DNA of 64,000 nucleotides from Promethearchaeota archaeon. Lineage in GTDB: Archaea > Asgardarchaeota > Lokiarchaeia > Sigyniarchaeales > SOKP01. A model generated the notes under the pieces. It searched no databases. It had not been told where the DNA came from and saw only the letters and a list, made by a program, of their open reading frames with translations. Location: positions 60,797 through 124,796 of the forward strand of contig JBHLNZ010000003.1 of assembly GCA_048941015.1 (NCBI GenBank), read 5' to 3'. Made by a program: the position numbers and the translations under genes. This document shows positions 7,582-17,352 of the stretch, piece by piece (positions within the stretch are counted from its first letter, which is position 1; each line of letters begins with the position of its first letter).

Positions 7582-10500
7582 TTGACACACATAAAGAAAA
7601 TTTCTATGACGGGATTTAAATCATTTGGAGATCGGACAGTTACAATTAGACTTTCAAGCGGATTTACTTGTATTGTAGGACCAAATGGAGCTGGAAAGTC
7701 TAACATCATTGATGCCTTAACTTTTGCTTTAGGAAGATTAAGTAAAAAAACCATGCGAGCGAAATCATTAGAGGATCTTATTTTTGCAGGATCAAGAGGA
7801 AAGAATCCTTCCAATAGAGCTACTGTAACCTTGTATTTCGATAATTCTGATAAAGAATTTCCAGGGGATTCTGACACTTTTGAAATATCACGAACAATTA
7901 AAAGAGGGGGAGGCGGAGGATATAAAATGAACGGGGAAAAAACAACTAGACAGCAAATTCTAAATGCTTTGGCTGCAGCAAATATAGATCCTGATGGTAG
8001 TAATCAATTTGTACTTCAAGGAAAAATAGTTGAATTAACCCACATGAATCAAGAAGAAAGAAGAACTTTTATTGAGGATCTTATCGGGTTACAGAAGTAT
8101 GATGAAATGAAGGATGCAACAATGAAAGAATTAGAAAAAGCAGAACGCGATTTGGGACAGTTTGAAGCGATTTTCAAGGAGGTCTCATCACAATTGAAAA
8201 AAGTTGAAAAAGAGAAAAATGATGCTATTGCTTGGAAAGAACTTGATGAAAAAATTAAACATTATAACGCCCAATTAATCGCACTAAAAATATCTAAATT
8301 AAGAAACGAAGAACAAGAAATAGAGGTTAAGATAGAAGAGTCAAATAAAGTAATCGAAGAATTAGAAGAAAGAATAACAAGACAAGAAGACGTATTAAAA
8401 CAAGAATCACTTATCATGGAAAATATTCAAAAGACTATTACGGAAAAGGAAAAAGAGAGAGAAATCATAAATGAAAATATAACGCAATATAAAACTCAAC
8501 TCTCTTCAAACCAGACAACCTTAAAATTAGCTCAAAAATCAATTGACAAATTAAGTCTAGAAATTAAGAACTTAGAAACTATGCTAATGGAGCTTGAGGA
8601 CGGTCAGACATTTGAATTATTAATCGATGAAAAAAAAAGTGAAATCTCAAAGACCGAAAGTCTTATAGAAGATTCTAAAAAGGAAATAGAATTAAGACAA
8701 CAAAATCAATCTGAACTCGATCTTAAAATTAAAAATAATGAGGATATGAAATCCTCTCATAAGGCAGAAATTTCGAATATTAAACAAAATATCTCTTCAA
8801 ATAAAGCCCAAATAAAATTACTAAGGGATTCAATAAAGAAAAATGAAGAAAAAAGGAAAAAGTTAGAAATAGATTTAAATAAATTAAAGGGTGAAGCAGA
8901 AAGCATTGATGACGCAATTGTCAATACGAAGAAGGAAGAGAACGAAGCTAGAAGTAAAATTGACGATTTAAAATCTAAAATTTCCGAAGAGAACAAGAAA
9001 CAAAAGGATTTAGAAAATAAAATTAAAGATTTTCAAGATCAAAAATATCAATTGAATACCAAACTTGTTGATTTACAATCTTCTTTATCTTCCTTAAATA
9101 CTGAAATTAAAATGAATAGGGATAGAATTGATAAGCTAAATTCTAAGAAAGGATTAATAGAAAATAAAATTAAAGAATTGAGTAAAGGAAAAGATACTGA
9201 AGAAGTCATTAAAGACCTATTGAAAGAGAAAGACAAGATAATTAAAGATCTGAATGAGTTAAAGAAAGAATCCAAAGAAGAAGATTCAAAATACAGGCAA
9301 AATGAACAAAATTTAGATCTATTAATCATGAAACAAGATTCTATTCAATCAGAAATAATTGACAATAAATCTAAAATTGAAAATATAAAGACTAAATTAA
9401 AATTATCTAAAAGAGAACTAACAAACTTAGAAAGAGAAAAACGAGATTTGGAATTAAAAGTTAATACTTTAAAATCTAATATTAAGAAAGATGAAAATGA
9501 AATCCAGAATTTAGATAGTAAAAAAGATAATATTTTAAGACGTTTAGATGATCTCTCTTCAGAAAAAGATAATTTAATATCGAAGATTGAAAATACTGAG
9601 AAGGAATATGAAAGGAATACTGAAGATGTTACTGGAATCCTCCAAATTTTAAACATGCTAACTCAAAATATTAATATCTCTGTTGAATCGATTAAAAGTA
9701 ATATTCAGCAATCAAATGCAGAAGCAATTGAAACTTCTGCTGAAGATTTTAGAAAATTTGTGTTAGATATAGTAGATATAATGAAATCTGTAGAAGATGT
9801 AAGTGAAGAAGGAGAAAAATCATCAGAAATGTCCGAAATGCTAAATTCAATATTACAAACATTAAAACTTTTTACCGAAAATGTTGATTCAACAATCGGT
9901 CAACTAATAGGTAAGGTAAAAGAATCTGCTGATGTTGAGATACAACAATCAACCGCAACTTTTGATAGTTTTGTTCAAGATTTAATGGAAATACTGGAAA
10001 ATGTATATCTTTCTCTAAGAAAGTTAACCATGTCTAAAAGTCAAGAATTATATCAACAATTAGAAGAAATTTCGGATAATATTGGTTCTCAAACAAATGA
10101 TTTAAATAATCTTGAGAAAAGTCTTACGAAACTGGACACTGAAAAAAAGCATAACACCGAAAGTCTTAATTTAAATTCAAAAAGGCTTGAAATAGTTAAT
10201 ACAAGAGTTATTGAATTAAAAAATAATATTGAAAAATTTGATAAAGAAATCGATCAAAGAAATAAAATTATTGATGAAAAGCTAAAACAAAATTTTGAGA
10301 AGGAGATTCTAGACTTAAAAAGGAATAAAGAGCTATATTGGGAAAATGTATCTAAAATCCAAGAAGAGATAGATCTTAAACAAAAGAATCTCGATGAATT
10401 ACAAGAAAAACATCAAGAATTAAGAGGTATTCAAAATTTATTTGAAAATGTATTAGAGATTGAAAATAATATCCAAGATTTAAATAGCTCGATAGAAGAG

Positions 10501-12030
10501 AAGAAAAATTCAATATTATCTGCAGAAGAAATTATAAAAAATCATCATATAGAGCAAAATGCATTAGATTCTAAAATTGAAAAGTTAATATCTGAAAAGG
10601 ATAATTTCTGGGAAAGTACCGAAAAAATTCAAGCTGAAATTGATGACTACAATAAAAATTTAGAAGAGATTATGGATCGAATGAGAGCACTTGAAAATAT
10701 TATGATGATTATTAATTCTATTGAAGATTTAGTCAAAGAAAATGAGGATGCCAATAATAATATTGATTTATGTGACAAAAATATACAAACTTACAACTCC
10801 CAAGTAGAAGAAATCCAAAAGAAAGTTGATGAAGTTCAACAAATCATTGATGCACTAAGAGAAGAAAAAAATAATGAAATTGAAGAACAAAAGAAATCAC
10901 AAAAAGATTTAAATAAATTAAACAAAGACTTACAAAAGATTCAAGGAAAATTAAATGAACTTAACCAAAATAAAGAAAGGCAACAAAAGATTCTTTCATT
11001 AAATGAAGATATTAAAGATACAGAAAAACAAATTGAATCGATTTTAGCAGATATAGAAAAAATAGAAAAAGCATTATCTACGGAAAACGATAAGAAACAA
11101 CTAAAACAAGATGAAATAGATAAGTTTATCCAAGAAAAAGATGAATCATGGAAAAAACAGAAAACTTATCAAAAACAACTAAACGATTTAAAATCTGATC
11201 TCTCTATGGAAAATTCAAAATTGAATAATTATGAGTCTAAAAAAATTATTACTACAGACCAGATTGAAACCTTATATCAAAGATCAAAAGATTATGGGGC
11301 TTTACCCCCTGTTACAGATGAATTATCTGAATCAGGATTACAATCTGATATCAATGAAGCTTCTAAAAAGAAAGTTGCTCTTGAACCCGTAAACCTAAAA
11401 GCAATAGAACAATATGACAATGTTAAAGAAAGATTCGATGAAATAGATATGAGAAGACAGACAATTCAGAGAGAAAGGAAGTCTATATTGGATGCTATTG
11501 ATAAAATTGAGTTAGAAAAAACTAGAACTTTTATGAAAGCGTATCATGAAATAAACAGAGAATTTAGCAGAATCTTCCAAAAATTAAGTCCTGGAGGATC
11601 AGCAAAAATGATTCTTGACAGACCAGACAAACCATTTGAGGGGGGTGTTAGTATTGAAGCAAGACCGAGAGGAAAGAAGATTTCAAGTTTAGAGATTTTA
11701 AGTGGTGGAGAAAAAACATTAGTAGCGTTATCTTTTATTTTTGCAGTTCAAGAGTTTTATCCTGCACCTTTTTATATTATGGATGAAATAGATGCAGCCC
11801 TTGACGGTCCAAATGTTCATCGAACATCAATGGTTATAAAAGAATTCGCAGAACAGGCTCAATTCTTAGTTATTAGTCATCGAGAGGAGAATATTGTTAA
11901 TGCCGATCGTATATATGGGGTTTCAATGCAACAAAGCGGTATTACTGATATATTTAGTGTAGATTTAGAAGAAGAGGCTAAGAGACTTCTTGAACTGCCA
12001 GATGTACCAACAAATATAGAAGAAAGCTAA
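7582..12030 (+). CDS. smc: Chromosome segregation ATPase SMC, long and without canonical hinge
   Basis: GFKSF, GPNGAGKSN, Q-loop VLQG, PVNLKAI, LSGGEK, MDEIDAALD, ISH; long coiled coils. Confidence 0.95.
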   Translation: MTHIKKISMTGFKSFGDRTVTIRLSSGFTCIVGPNGAGKSNIIDALTFALGRLSKKTMRAKSLEDLIFAGSRGKNPSNRATVTLYFDNSDKEFPGDSDTFEISRTIKRGGGGGYKMNGEKTTRQQILNALAAANIDPDGSNQFVLQGKIVELTHMNQEERRTFIEDLIGLQKYDEMKDATMKELEKAERDLGQFEAIFKEVSSQLKKVEKEKNDAIAWKELDEKIKHYNAQLIALKISKLRNEEQEIEVKIEESNKVIEELEERITRQEDVLKQESLIMENIQKTITEKEKEREIINENITQYKTQLSSNQTTLKLAQKSIDKLSLEIKNLETMLMELEDGQTFELLIDEKKSEISKTESLIEDSKKEIELRQQNQSELDLKIKNNEDMKSSHKAEISNIKQNISSNKAQIKLLRDSIKKNEEKRKKLEIDLNKLKGEAESIDDAIVNTKKEENEARSKIDDLKSKISEENKKQKDLENKIKDFQDQKYQLNTKLVDLQSSLSSLNTEIKMNRDRIDKLNSKKGLIENKIKELSKGKDTEEVIKDLLKEKDKIIKDLNELKKESKEEDSKYRQNEQNLDLLIMKQDSIQSEIIDNKSKIENIKTKLKLSKRELTNLEREKRDLELKVNTLKSNIKKDENEIQNLDSKKDNILRRLDDLSSEKDNLISKIENTEKEYERNTEDVTGILQILNMLTQNINISVESIKSNIQQSNAEAIETSAEDFRKFVLDIVDIMKSVEDVSEEGEKSSEMSEMLNSILQTLKLFTENVDSTIGQLIGKVKESADVEIQQSTATFDSFVQDLMEILENVYLSLRKLTMSKSQELYQQLEEISDNIGSQTNDLNNLEKSLTKLDTEKKHNTESLNLNSKRLEIVNTRVIELKNNIEKFDKEIDQRNKIIDEKLKQNFEKEILDLKRNKELYWENVSKIQEEIDLKQKNLDELQEKHQELRGIQNLFENVLEIENNIQDLNSSIEEKKNSILSAEEIIKNHHIEQNALDSKIEKLISEKDNFWESTEKIQAEIDDYNKNLEEIMDRMRALENIMMIINSIEDLVKENEDANNNIDLCDKNIQTYNSQVEEIQKKVDEVQQIIDALREEKNNEIEEQKKSQKDLNKLNKDLQKIQGKLNELNQNKERQQKILSLNEDIKDTEKQIESILADIEKIEKALSTENDKKQLKQDEIDKFIQEKDESWKKQKTYQKQLNDLKSDLSMENSKLNNYESKKIITTDQIETLYQRSKDYGALPPVTDELSESGLQSDINEASKKKVALEPVNLKAIEQYDNVKERFDEIDMRRQTIQRERKSILDAIDKIELEKTRTFMKAYHEINREFSRIFQKLSPGGSAKMILDRPDKPFEGGVSIEARPRGKKISSLEILSGGEKTLVALSFIFAVQEFYPAPFYIMDEIDAALDGPNVHRTSMVIKEFAEQAQFLVISHREENIVNADRIYGVSMQQSGITDIFSVDLEEEAKRLLELPDVPTNIEES

Positions 12031-12057
12031 ATTATTAGTAAGAGAAGGTGTTTAATA

Positions 12058-13068
12058 ATCCCTGAAAATGAAGAAAATAAAATAAAGTATAATTTTAAAG
12101 AGTGGACTGTTAAACAATTAAGAGAGTTTGCTGGAAAGAATAATATAACTATCCCCTCTAAATCTAAAAAAGTAGAAATAATAAAATTATTAAAGGAAAT
12201 AACTTCTCACCCCGAATTTGTTGATAGAACTAAATCTGAAGATAAAGAAGATGAACAGGAAGAAGAACTTGAAATTGAACTGATTGCTGGAGAAGAAGAA
12301 CCAGAGCTTATCAAAAGAGAAAAAATAGAATTAAAGTTTTGGCAAAAACCACCTTATTCTAGTTTATTAGATTCTGAATTAGCCAAACAATCAAATGTCG
12401 CATTTTATGATTTAGCTTCATTAGTTGATAAATTTTTTGATAATATGCTTCATGAAGATATCATTAATTACAAAATTTCTGGTATTGCGCTTAAAACTTC
12501 GGCATCATTACACCATTATAAAATCTCAAGTATTATTAAAGAAGAAGAAGAAATACAAAAAAAACAAGAACTTGAGGAATTTAGAAGAAAACATGGCCGT
12601 ACAATTCCAAAAACTTTACCTCAACCAATTTCTCCTAAAATGATGATATCTACAAAAGAAGAATTATTTGAAGCAATGAGATCAGCAATAATCGAAACAA
12701 TGCAACAAAAAGAAAAATTAAGAAGGCGACGTTTACGTAGAGAGCAATTAAAGCAAGAAAGAATTCAAATGCAGTCAAAAGCACAATTACCTAAAGAACT
12801 TTTAAAACATATTAGTGGAAAAGAACAAACGATTGAAGAATTGCTTGAATCATGGTATAATCGCATCAAAGCAAGTATTAACCTTGATAATGAAGATACT
12901 AGCCTTTTTAGTATGGTCAATGTCATAAAAACCGAAGAAGAAAGCGATATTGGCAGAAAATTTGCGTTTGTAAGATTGTTTTTAGCATTAATGTTTTTGT
13001 CAACGGGGAATAAATTAGTCTTATCTCAAGATGAGGATTTCAAAGATTTAATGATTAGTGTAAAATAA
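12058..13068 (+). CDS. scpA: Kleisin ScpA with N-terminal SAP/HeH-like module; non-canonical start inferred
   Basis: Frame open from 12031 to 13068. Kleisin N-domain (YDLASLVDKFF..M....INYKISG.AL..SA.L...K) begins upstream of ATG 12445. C-terminal FLALMFL.....L.L.Q.E.F. Lies between smc and scpB. Confidence 0.85.
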   Translation: MPENEENKIKYNFKEWTVKQLREFAGKNNITIPSKSKKVEIIKLLKEITSHPEFVDRTKSEDKEDEQEEELEIELIAGEEEPELIKREKIELKFWQKPPYSSLLDSELAKQSNVAFYDLASLVDKFFDNMLHEDIINYKISGIALKTSASLHHYKISSIIKEEEEIQKKQELEEFRRKHGRTIPKTLPQPISPKMMISTKEELFEAMRSAIIETMQQKEKLRRRRLRREQLKQERIQMQSKAQLPKELLKHISGKEQTIEELLESWYNRIKASINLDNEDTSLFSMVNVIKTEEESDIGRKFAFVRLFLALMFLSTGNKLVLSQDEDFKDLMISVK

Positions 13069-13099
13069 TAATAATAATTTATAAATTTGAGTTGATTAA

Positions 13100-13864
13100 A
13101 TGAGTGAAGAGCATGAAAGTTTGAACGAAAATGAAAATTCAAATTCTGAGGGAGATTCGAATGAGAAACTTGAAATAATATCTAAAGAGAAATTGAATAT
13201 AAACAACCAATCTCATGATAACCTTCAAATCGACAATGAACAACAAGTTGATGAAACAATACGAGAACAGGAGAATATTTCTTTAGATGAAATTATAAAA
13301 GAAGGTGAAATTTCTCAAAAGGATGATGAAGAAGCTGTAGATGTACAATTAAAAGATTTACAAAAAAATTTAATAGAAGGAGCTCTTTATGCTGCTGGTA
13401 GACCTTTAGATATTGAAGAGTTATCAATAAAATTAGAGATTTCTAAAAAAATAGTAGAAGAGTTAGTCATGGAAGTAGCTTATGATTATTTGGAACGATC
13501 TAGTGCTTTAATTATAGCACAAATCGGAGATAAGTTCCAAATGCAAATTAGACCGGAATATACTGAAAAAGTATCAAAATTTGCAAAAGGAGGTGCGATT
13601 GCAGAACGATATTTACGAACTTTAACAATAATCGCTTTAAAGCAACCTATATTAAAATCTACTGTAATTAAATTAAGAGGAACCGGTGCTTATGAACATA
13701 TTAAATATTTATTAGATAATGATCTAATCTCTGCAGTAAAAAAAGGTAGGACTCATGAATTATCAACAACAGATAAATATGCAGAGATGTTTGGATTGCC
13801 AAAAAATAAGGAAGAATTACGAAAGGCAATGATACTACAGCTAGGATTAGAAAGTCAAGAATAA
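13100..13864 (+). CDS. scpB: SMC-Scp complex subunit ScpB
   Basis: IEGALYAAG.PL, LRTL.IIA.KQP....IKLRG..AYEHIK.L, TT.K.AE.FGL; acidic N-terminal extension. Confidence 0.92.
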   Translation: MSEEHESLNENENSNSEGDSNEKLEIISKEKLNINNQSHDNLQIDNEQQVDETIREQENISLDEIIKEGEISQKDDEEAVDVQLKDLQKNLIEGALYAAGRPLDIEELSIKLEISKKIVEELVMEVAYDYLERSSALIIAQIGDKFQMQIRPEYTEKVSKFAKGGAIAERYLRTLTIIALKQPILKSTVIKLRGTGAYEHIKYLLDNDLISAVKKGRTHELSTTDKYAEMFGLPKNKEELRKAMILQLGLESQE

Positions 13865-13875
13865 ATCTATTTTCT

Positions 13876-14604
13876 TTAACAATTTTTTAATATAAATTTC
13901 ATTTTAAAATAAGTTCTAAAACTAATTCCTAAAATTCTAAATATATGAATTAATGGATTTCTTATCAATCTTGATCTTCCATTGTTTCTTCTATAACAAT
14001 CGACAGGAATTTCCTTCACGTTAAATCCAAATAATTTAACTAATATAAACATTTCTTGAGCATAGTTATATTTACCAAAAAGCAATTTACTGAGAATTTT
14101 GCAGAGTTTTCTATTAAATGCTCTAAATGAACATTGTATATCATAAGTTTTATCAAGGCTTAATAAAATCTTGGAGATAAATATCGATAAAATCTTATTT
14201 CCTAATTTTTTCATAAAATTTGTTTCATTTATCGTTCTATATTTGAATCTATTTCCAATCACTAAATCTGCTTTATTATTTAGTATTGGTAAAATTAAAC
14301 ATTCTATCTTTTTTGGATTATATTGTCCATCTGCGTCTAATATAGCTATAACATCTGCTTTATGTTTTAAACAATAGTTTAAACCAGTTTTTATAGCCTC
14401 ACCTAAACCTAGATTTCTTTGGTGAGTAATTACCTTTGCTCCTGCATTTTTAGCTATTAAAGAAGTATTGTCTAAACTTCCATCATTAATTACAATGATT
14501 TCTTGTTTTATATTATGTATTTGAGGGATATTTTTGATTAAATTGGCAATATAGTTCTTCTCATTAAAAGCAGGAATCATTATAATTAAGGTTTTATTAA
14601 ACAT
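13876..14604 (-). CDS. Glycosyltransferase family 2 (DPM1-like)
   Basis: IPAFNE, INDGS.D.T, LDADGQY.P, D.VIG.RF. Confidence 0.9.
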   Translation of the reverse strand: MFNKTLIIMIPAFNEKNYIANLIKNIPQIHNIKQEIIVINDGSLDNTSLIAKNAGAKVITHQRNLGLGEAIKTGLNYCLKHKADVIAILDADGQYNPKKIECLILPILNNKADLVIGNRFKYRTINETNFMKKLGNKILSIFISKILLSLDKTYDIQCSFRAFNRKLCKILSKLLFGKYNYAQEMFILVKLFGFNVKEIPVDCYRRNNGRSRLIRNPLIHIFRILGISFRTYFKMKFILKNC

Positions 14605-14630
14605 AACTATAATTAAATGAAGGATAGATT

Positions 14631-17231
14631 TTACTTAAAAAAGAAGATTTTTAAATTTAAATCTTCCATCTCTTCTATTAGGTCTGGCTTCTCTTTAATT
14701 GACTCTTGTTTTGATCTTTCCAATATCTCTAAAGTTTTTATTCTTAAAGTTTGTTTAATATCTTCTTTTAAATCCCCAATTTCATTAACATGATCCCTGG
14801 GTACTAATATAGTAATTCTTTTTATTTCTTGATTTAAGGGAATTTGAAGTTTAGATTTAAAGTTTCTTACATTCTTGATTAGTTCAATTCCTAATTTACC
14901 TTTATCAGCAAGATCTTGAGGGATTTTATCATAAATCGTTGCCCACTTTTCTAAATGGACTGATTTTAATTTGGTATATTTTTTAAATAAAATCGAATAA
15001 ATCTCTTCACTAATAAAGGGCATTATGAATGAAAATATGATGATGAGCTTATAAAATAGGTTTAATGCATTTTTTAAAGAAATTTGCTGGATTTTTTCGT
15101 CTTCCGAATAAAATTTATACTTAATTGCTTCAATATAGTTATCACATATCTCATTCCAAAAAAAAATCCTTGATTGCATGAATCCTTCATGCCAATTATA
15201 CTCATTATAATATTTCGTAATCTGTTCTAAATTTTTATTAAATTCAGTGAAAAAGTAACAATCTATAGGTGAGAGTTTATTAATATCAATTTCAAGATCC
15301 GGGATTTGGATTTTTTTAGAATTAAGATATAAAAATCTGTAAGCATTCCACATCTTTGTTAAGAATCGGGACGAACCAATTAATTGTTCAAACCTTCTAC
15401 TGTACTTTTTATTAAATTTAACTTCTGAAAGAACTGTTTTCTCCTTTATTATTTTTTCATTATCAACTGGTTGTTTTGTCTGATTATTTATCCAAGTAAA
15501 TTCAAAAGGATAATCATCACCTAGTGAACCTAAGGCTGCCCATTGTCTAATAGAGTCCGCTCCAAAATCAGGCATAACTTCATCTGGAGAAACAATATTG
15601 CCATAACTTTTTGACATGTGTCTTCCATCCGGACCAGCCACCATTCCATTTATCATGGCTTCTGAAAAAGGAGCTTTTCCGGTTAATAATTTGCATCGAA
15701 AAAGAGTATAGAATAGCCAGGTACGTATAATTTCATACCCTTGAGGACGATGAACTTCAGCCTCTAAATATGTTCTTTTAAAAAAATATTCATCATCTAA
15801 CCACTTAGAAATAACTAATGGAGTAATACTGGAGTCAATCCAGCAATCACAGACATCTTTTTCACCAACAATCTGCTTACTTTTACATTTTGGGCAGGAG
15901 GTGACTGGTGGCGCAATCTTGACAGGATCTATTGGTAAATCTTCTTTTTTCGGACTAATTATCTCTCCACATTCTTTACAATACCAAAATGGTATAGGGG
16001 TTCCAAAAACACGCTGACGTGAAATAACCCAATTCCAATCCAACCCATTAGCCCAATCTAGCAATCTTTGTTTATGTTTTTTGGGATACCAATTCATAAC
16101 TTCAGCAGATTGGATTATATCTTCTGTAAAATCTTTTACATTAATAAACCATTGATAAACAGGTAAAAATTCAATTGGCCTTCGGCAAGAAGAACGTTCT
16201 GAATGAATAATAATACTATGTTCATAATCTTCAATTTTCTCAATTAATCCCATTTTATCAAGATCTTTAACAATTTGTTCTCGAGCTTCTAAAATAGTAA
16301 GTCCTTTATATTTAGAGTTTTCATTCATAACTCCGCTTTCTGTGAAGATCTGAATTTCATCGAGATCATAATCGATTTTCCATTTTATATCCATTTCATC
16401 CCCATATGTGCATACATAAACTACTCCCGTGCCAAAATTCATATCAACATTAGAATCCATATAAATACGGACAATTCGGTCAGCAATGGGAAGCTTGACT
16501 TCAGCGGCGGAAAGCTCATAATATCTTTGATCATTTGGATTAATTAAAACAGCAACACAAGCTTCCATGTATTCTGGTCGAGTGGTAGCAATGGTAATGT
16601 ACTCATTATCTCTTTCTACTAACGGGAGTTTAATATACCATAACTTTCCCAATTCTTCTTGATACCCTACTTCTGCTTTTGCAACAGATGTTTCACAATT
16701 TACGCAAAAATGAGTAGGAAACTTATCTCTATACAATAAGCCTTTTTCATAAAATTCTAAAAGAGAATATTGTACTTTTCGTTTATAATCATCATTCATA
16801 GTTCTATATGTATAATTCCAGTCAGTAGAATATCCTAACTCATCCAATTGTTCAGTCATATTATCTATATTATTTTTTACCCACTCAATACATTTTGCCA
16901 GAAATGCATCTCTGTTATCTTTAGAAACCCCATAATTTTTTTCAACAGCTAACTCTACTGGAAGTCCATGACAGTCAAATCCTTGTGGGAAATACACGAA
17001 ATCGCCCCTCAATTTATGATAACGAGCTACGAAATCAATCCAAGAATGATTTAAAATATGTCCCATATGAAGAGTACCACTTACGAATGGTGGTGGGGTA
17101 TCAATCGAAAATATTTTACCCTTTTGAGTAAAATCAAACTCATAAAGTTTCTCCTCTCGCCAAAATTTTATCCATTTCTGTTGGACTTCGTTGAATTTAA
17201 ACCGCTTCGGATAAGTGCTTTCTTGTGCCAT
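14631..17231 (-). CDS. valS: Valine--tRNA ligase (archaeal type)
   Basis: IDTPPPFVSG.LHMGH, ATTRPE, WVISRQRVFGTPIP, RPQGYEIIRTW, HMSKS. Confidence 0.95.
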   Translation of the reverse strand: MAQESTYPKRFKFNEVQQKWIKFWREEKLYEFDFTQKGKIFSIDTPPPFVSGTLHMGHILNHSWIDFVARYHKLRGDFVYFPQGFDCHGLPVELAVEKNYGVSKDNRDAFLAKCIEWVKNNIDNMTEQLDELGYSTDWNYTYRTMNDDYKRKVQYSLLEFYEKGLLYRDKFPTHFCVNCETSVAKAEVGYQEELGKLWYIKLPLVERDNEYITIATTRPEYMEACVAVLINPNDQRYYELSAAEVKLPIADRIVRIYMDSNVDMNFGTGVVYVCTYGDEMDIKWKIDYDLDEIQIFTESGVMNENSKYKGLTILEAREQIVKDLDKMGLIEKIEDYEHSIIIHSERSSCRRPIEFLPVYQWFINVKDFTEDIIQSAEVMNWYPKKHKQRLLDWANGLDWNWVISRQRVFGTPIPFWYCKECGEIISPKKEDLPIDPVKIAPPVTSCPKCKSKQIVGEKDVCDCWIDSSITPLVISKWLDDEYFFKRTYLEAEVHRPQGYEIIRTWLFYTLFRCKLLTGKAPFSEAMINGMVAGPDGRHMSKSYGNIVSPDEVMPDFGADSIRQWAALGSLGDDYPFEFTWINNQTKQPVDNEKIIKEKTVLSEVKFNKKYSRRFEQLIGSSRFLTKMWNAYRFLYLNSKKIQIPDLEIDINKLSPIDCYFFTEFNKNLEQITKYYNEYNWHEGFMQSRIFFWNEICDNYIEAIKYKFYSEDEKIQQISLKNALNLFYKLIIIFSFIMPFISEEIYSILFKKYTKLKSVHLEKWATIYDKIPQDLADKGKLGIELIKNVRNFKSKLQIPLNQEIKRITILVPRDHVNEIGDLKEDIKQTLRIKTLEILERSKQESIKEKPDLIEEMEDLNLKIFFFK

Positions 17232-17352
17232 GTTATTTCTAATTCAAATATTAAATTAATATAAAAGTGTATAATTAACCATAAAATTTTAAATTTTTTA
17301 ATAAAAATAATGCAATTTAAGATTATAGAGGTAAATTCAAGTAAAATCTTAG

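Noticed and set aside
12028-12060. Stop-codon readthrough producing an SMC-ScpA fusion (same frame)
   Set aside because: The stop is TAA with no recoding signal, and a Shine-Dalgarno-like GGTG before ATA/ATC explains independent initiation better. Not formally excluded.
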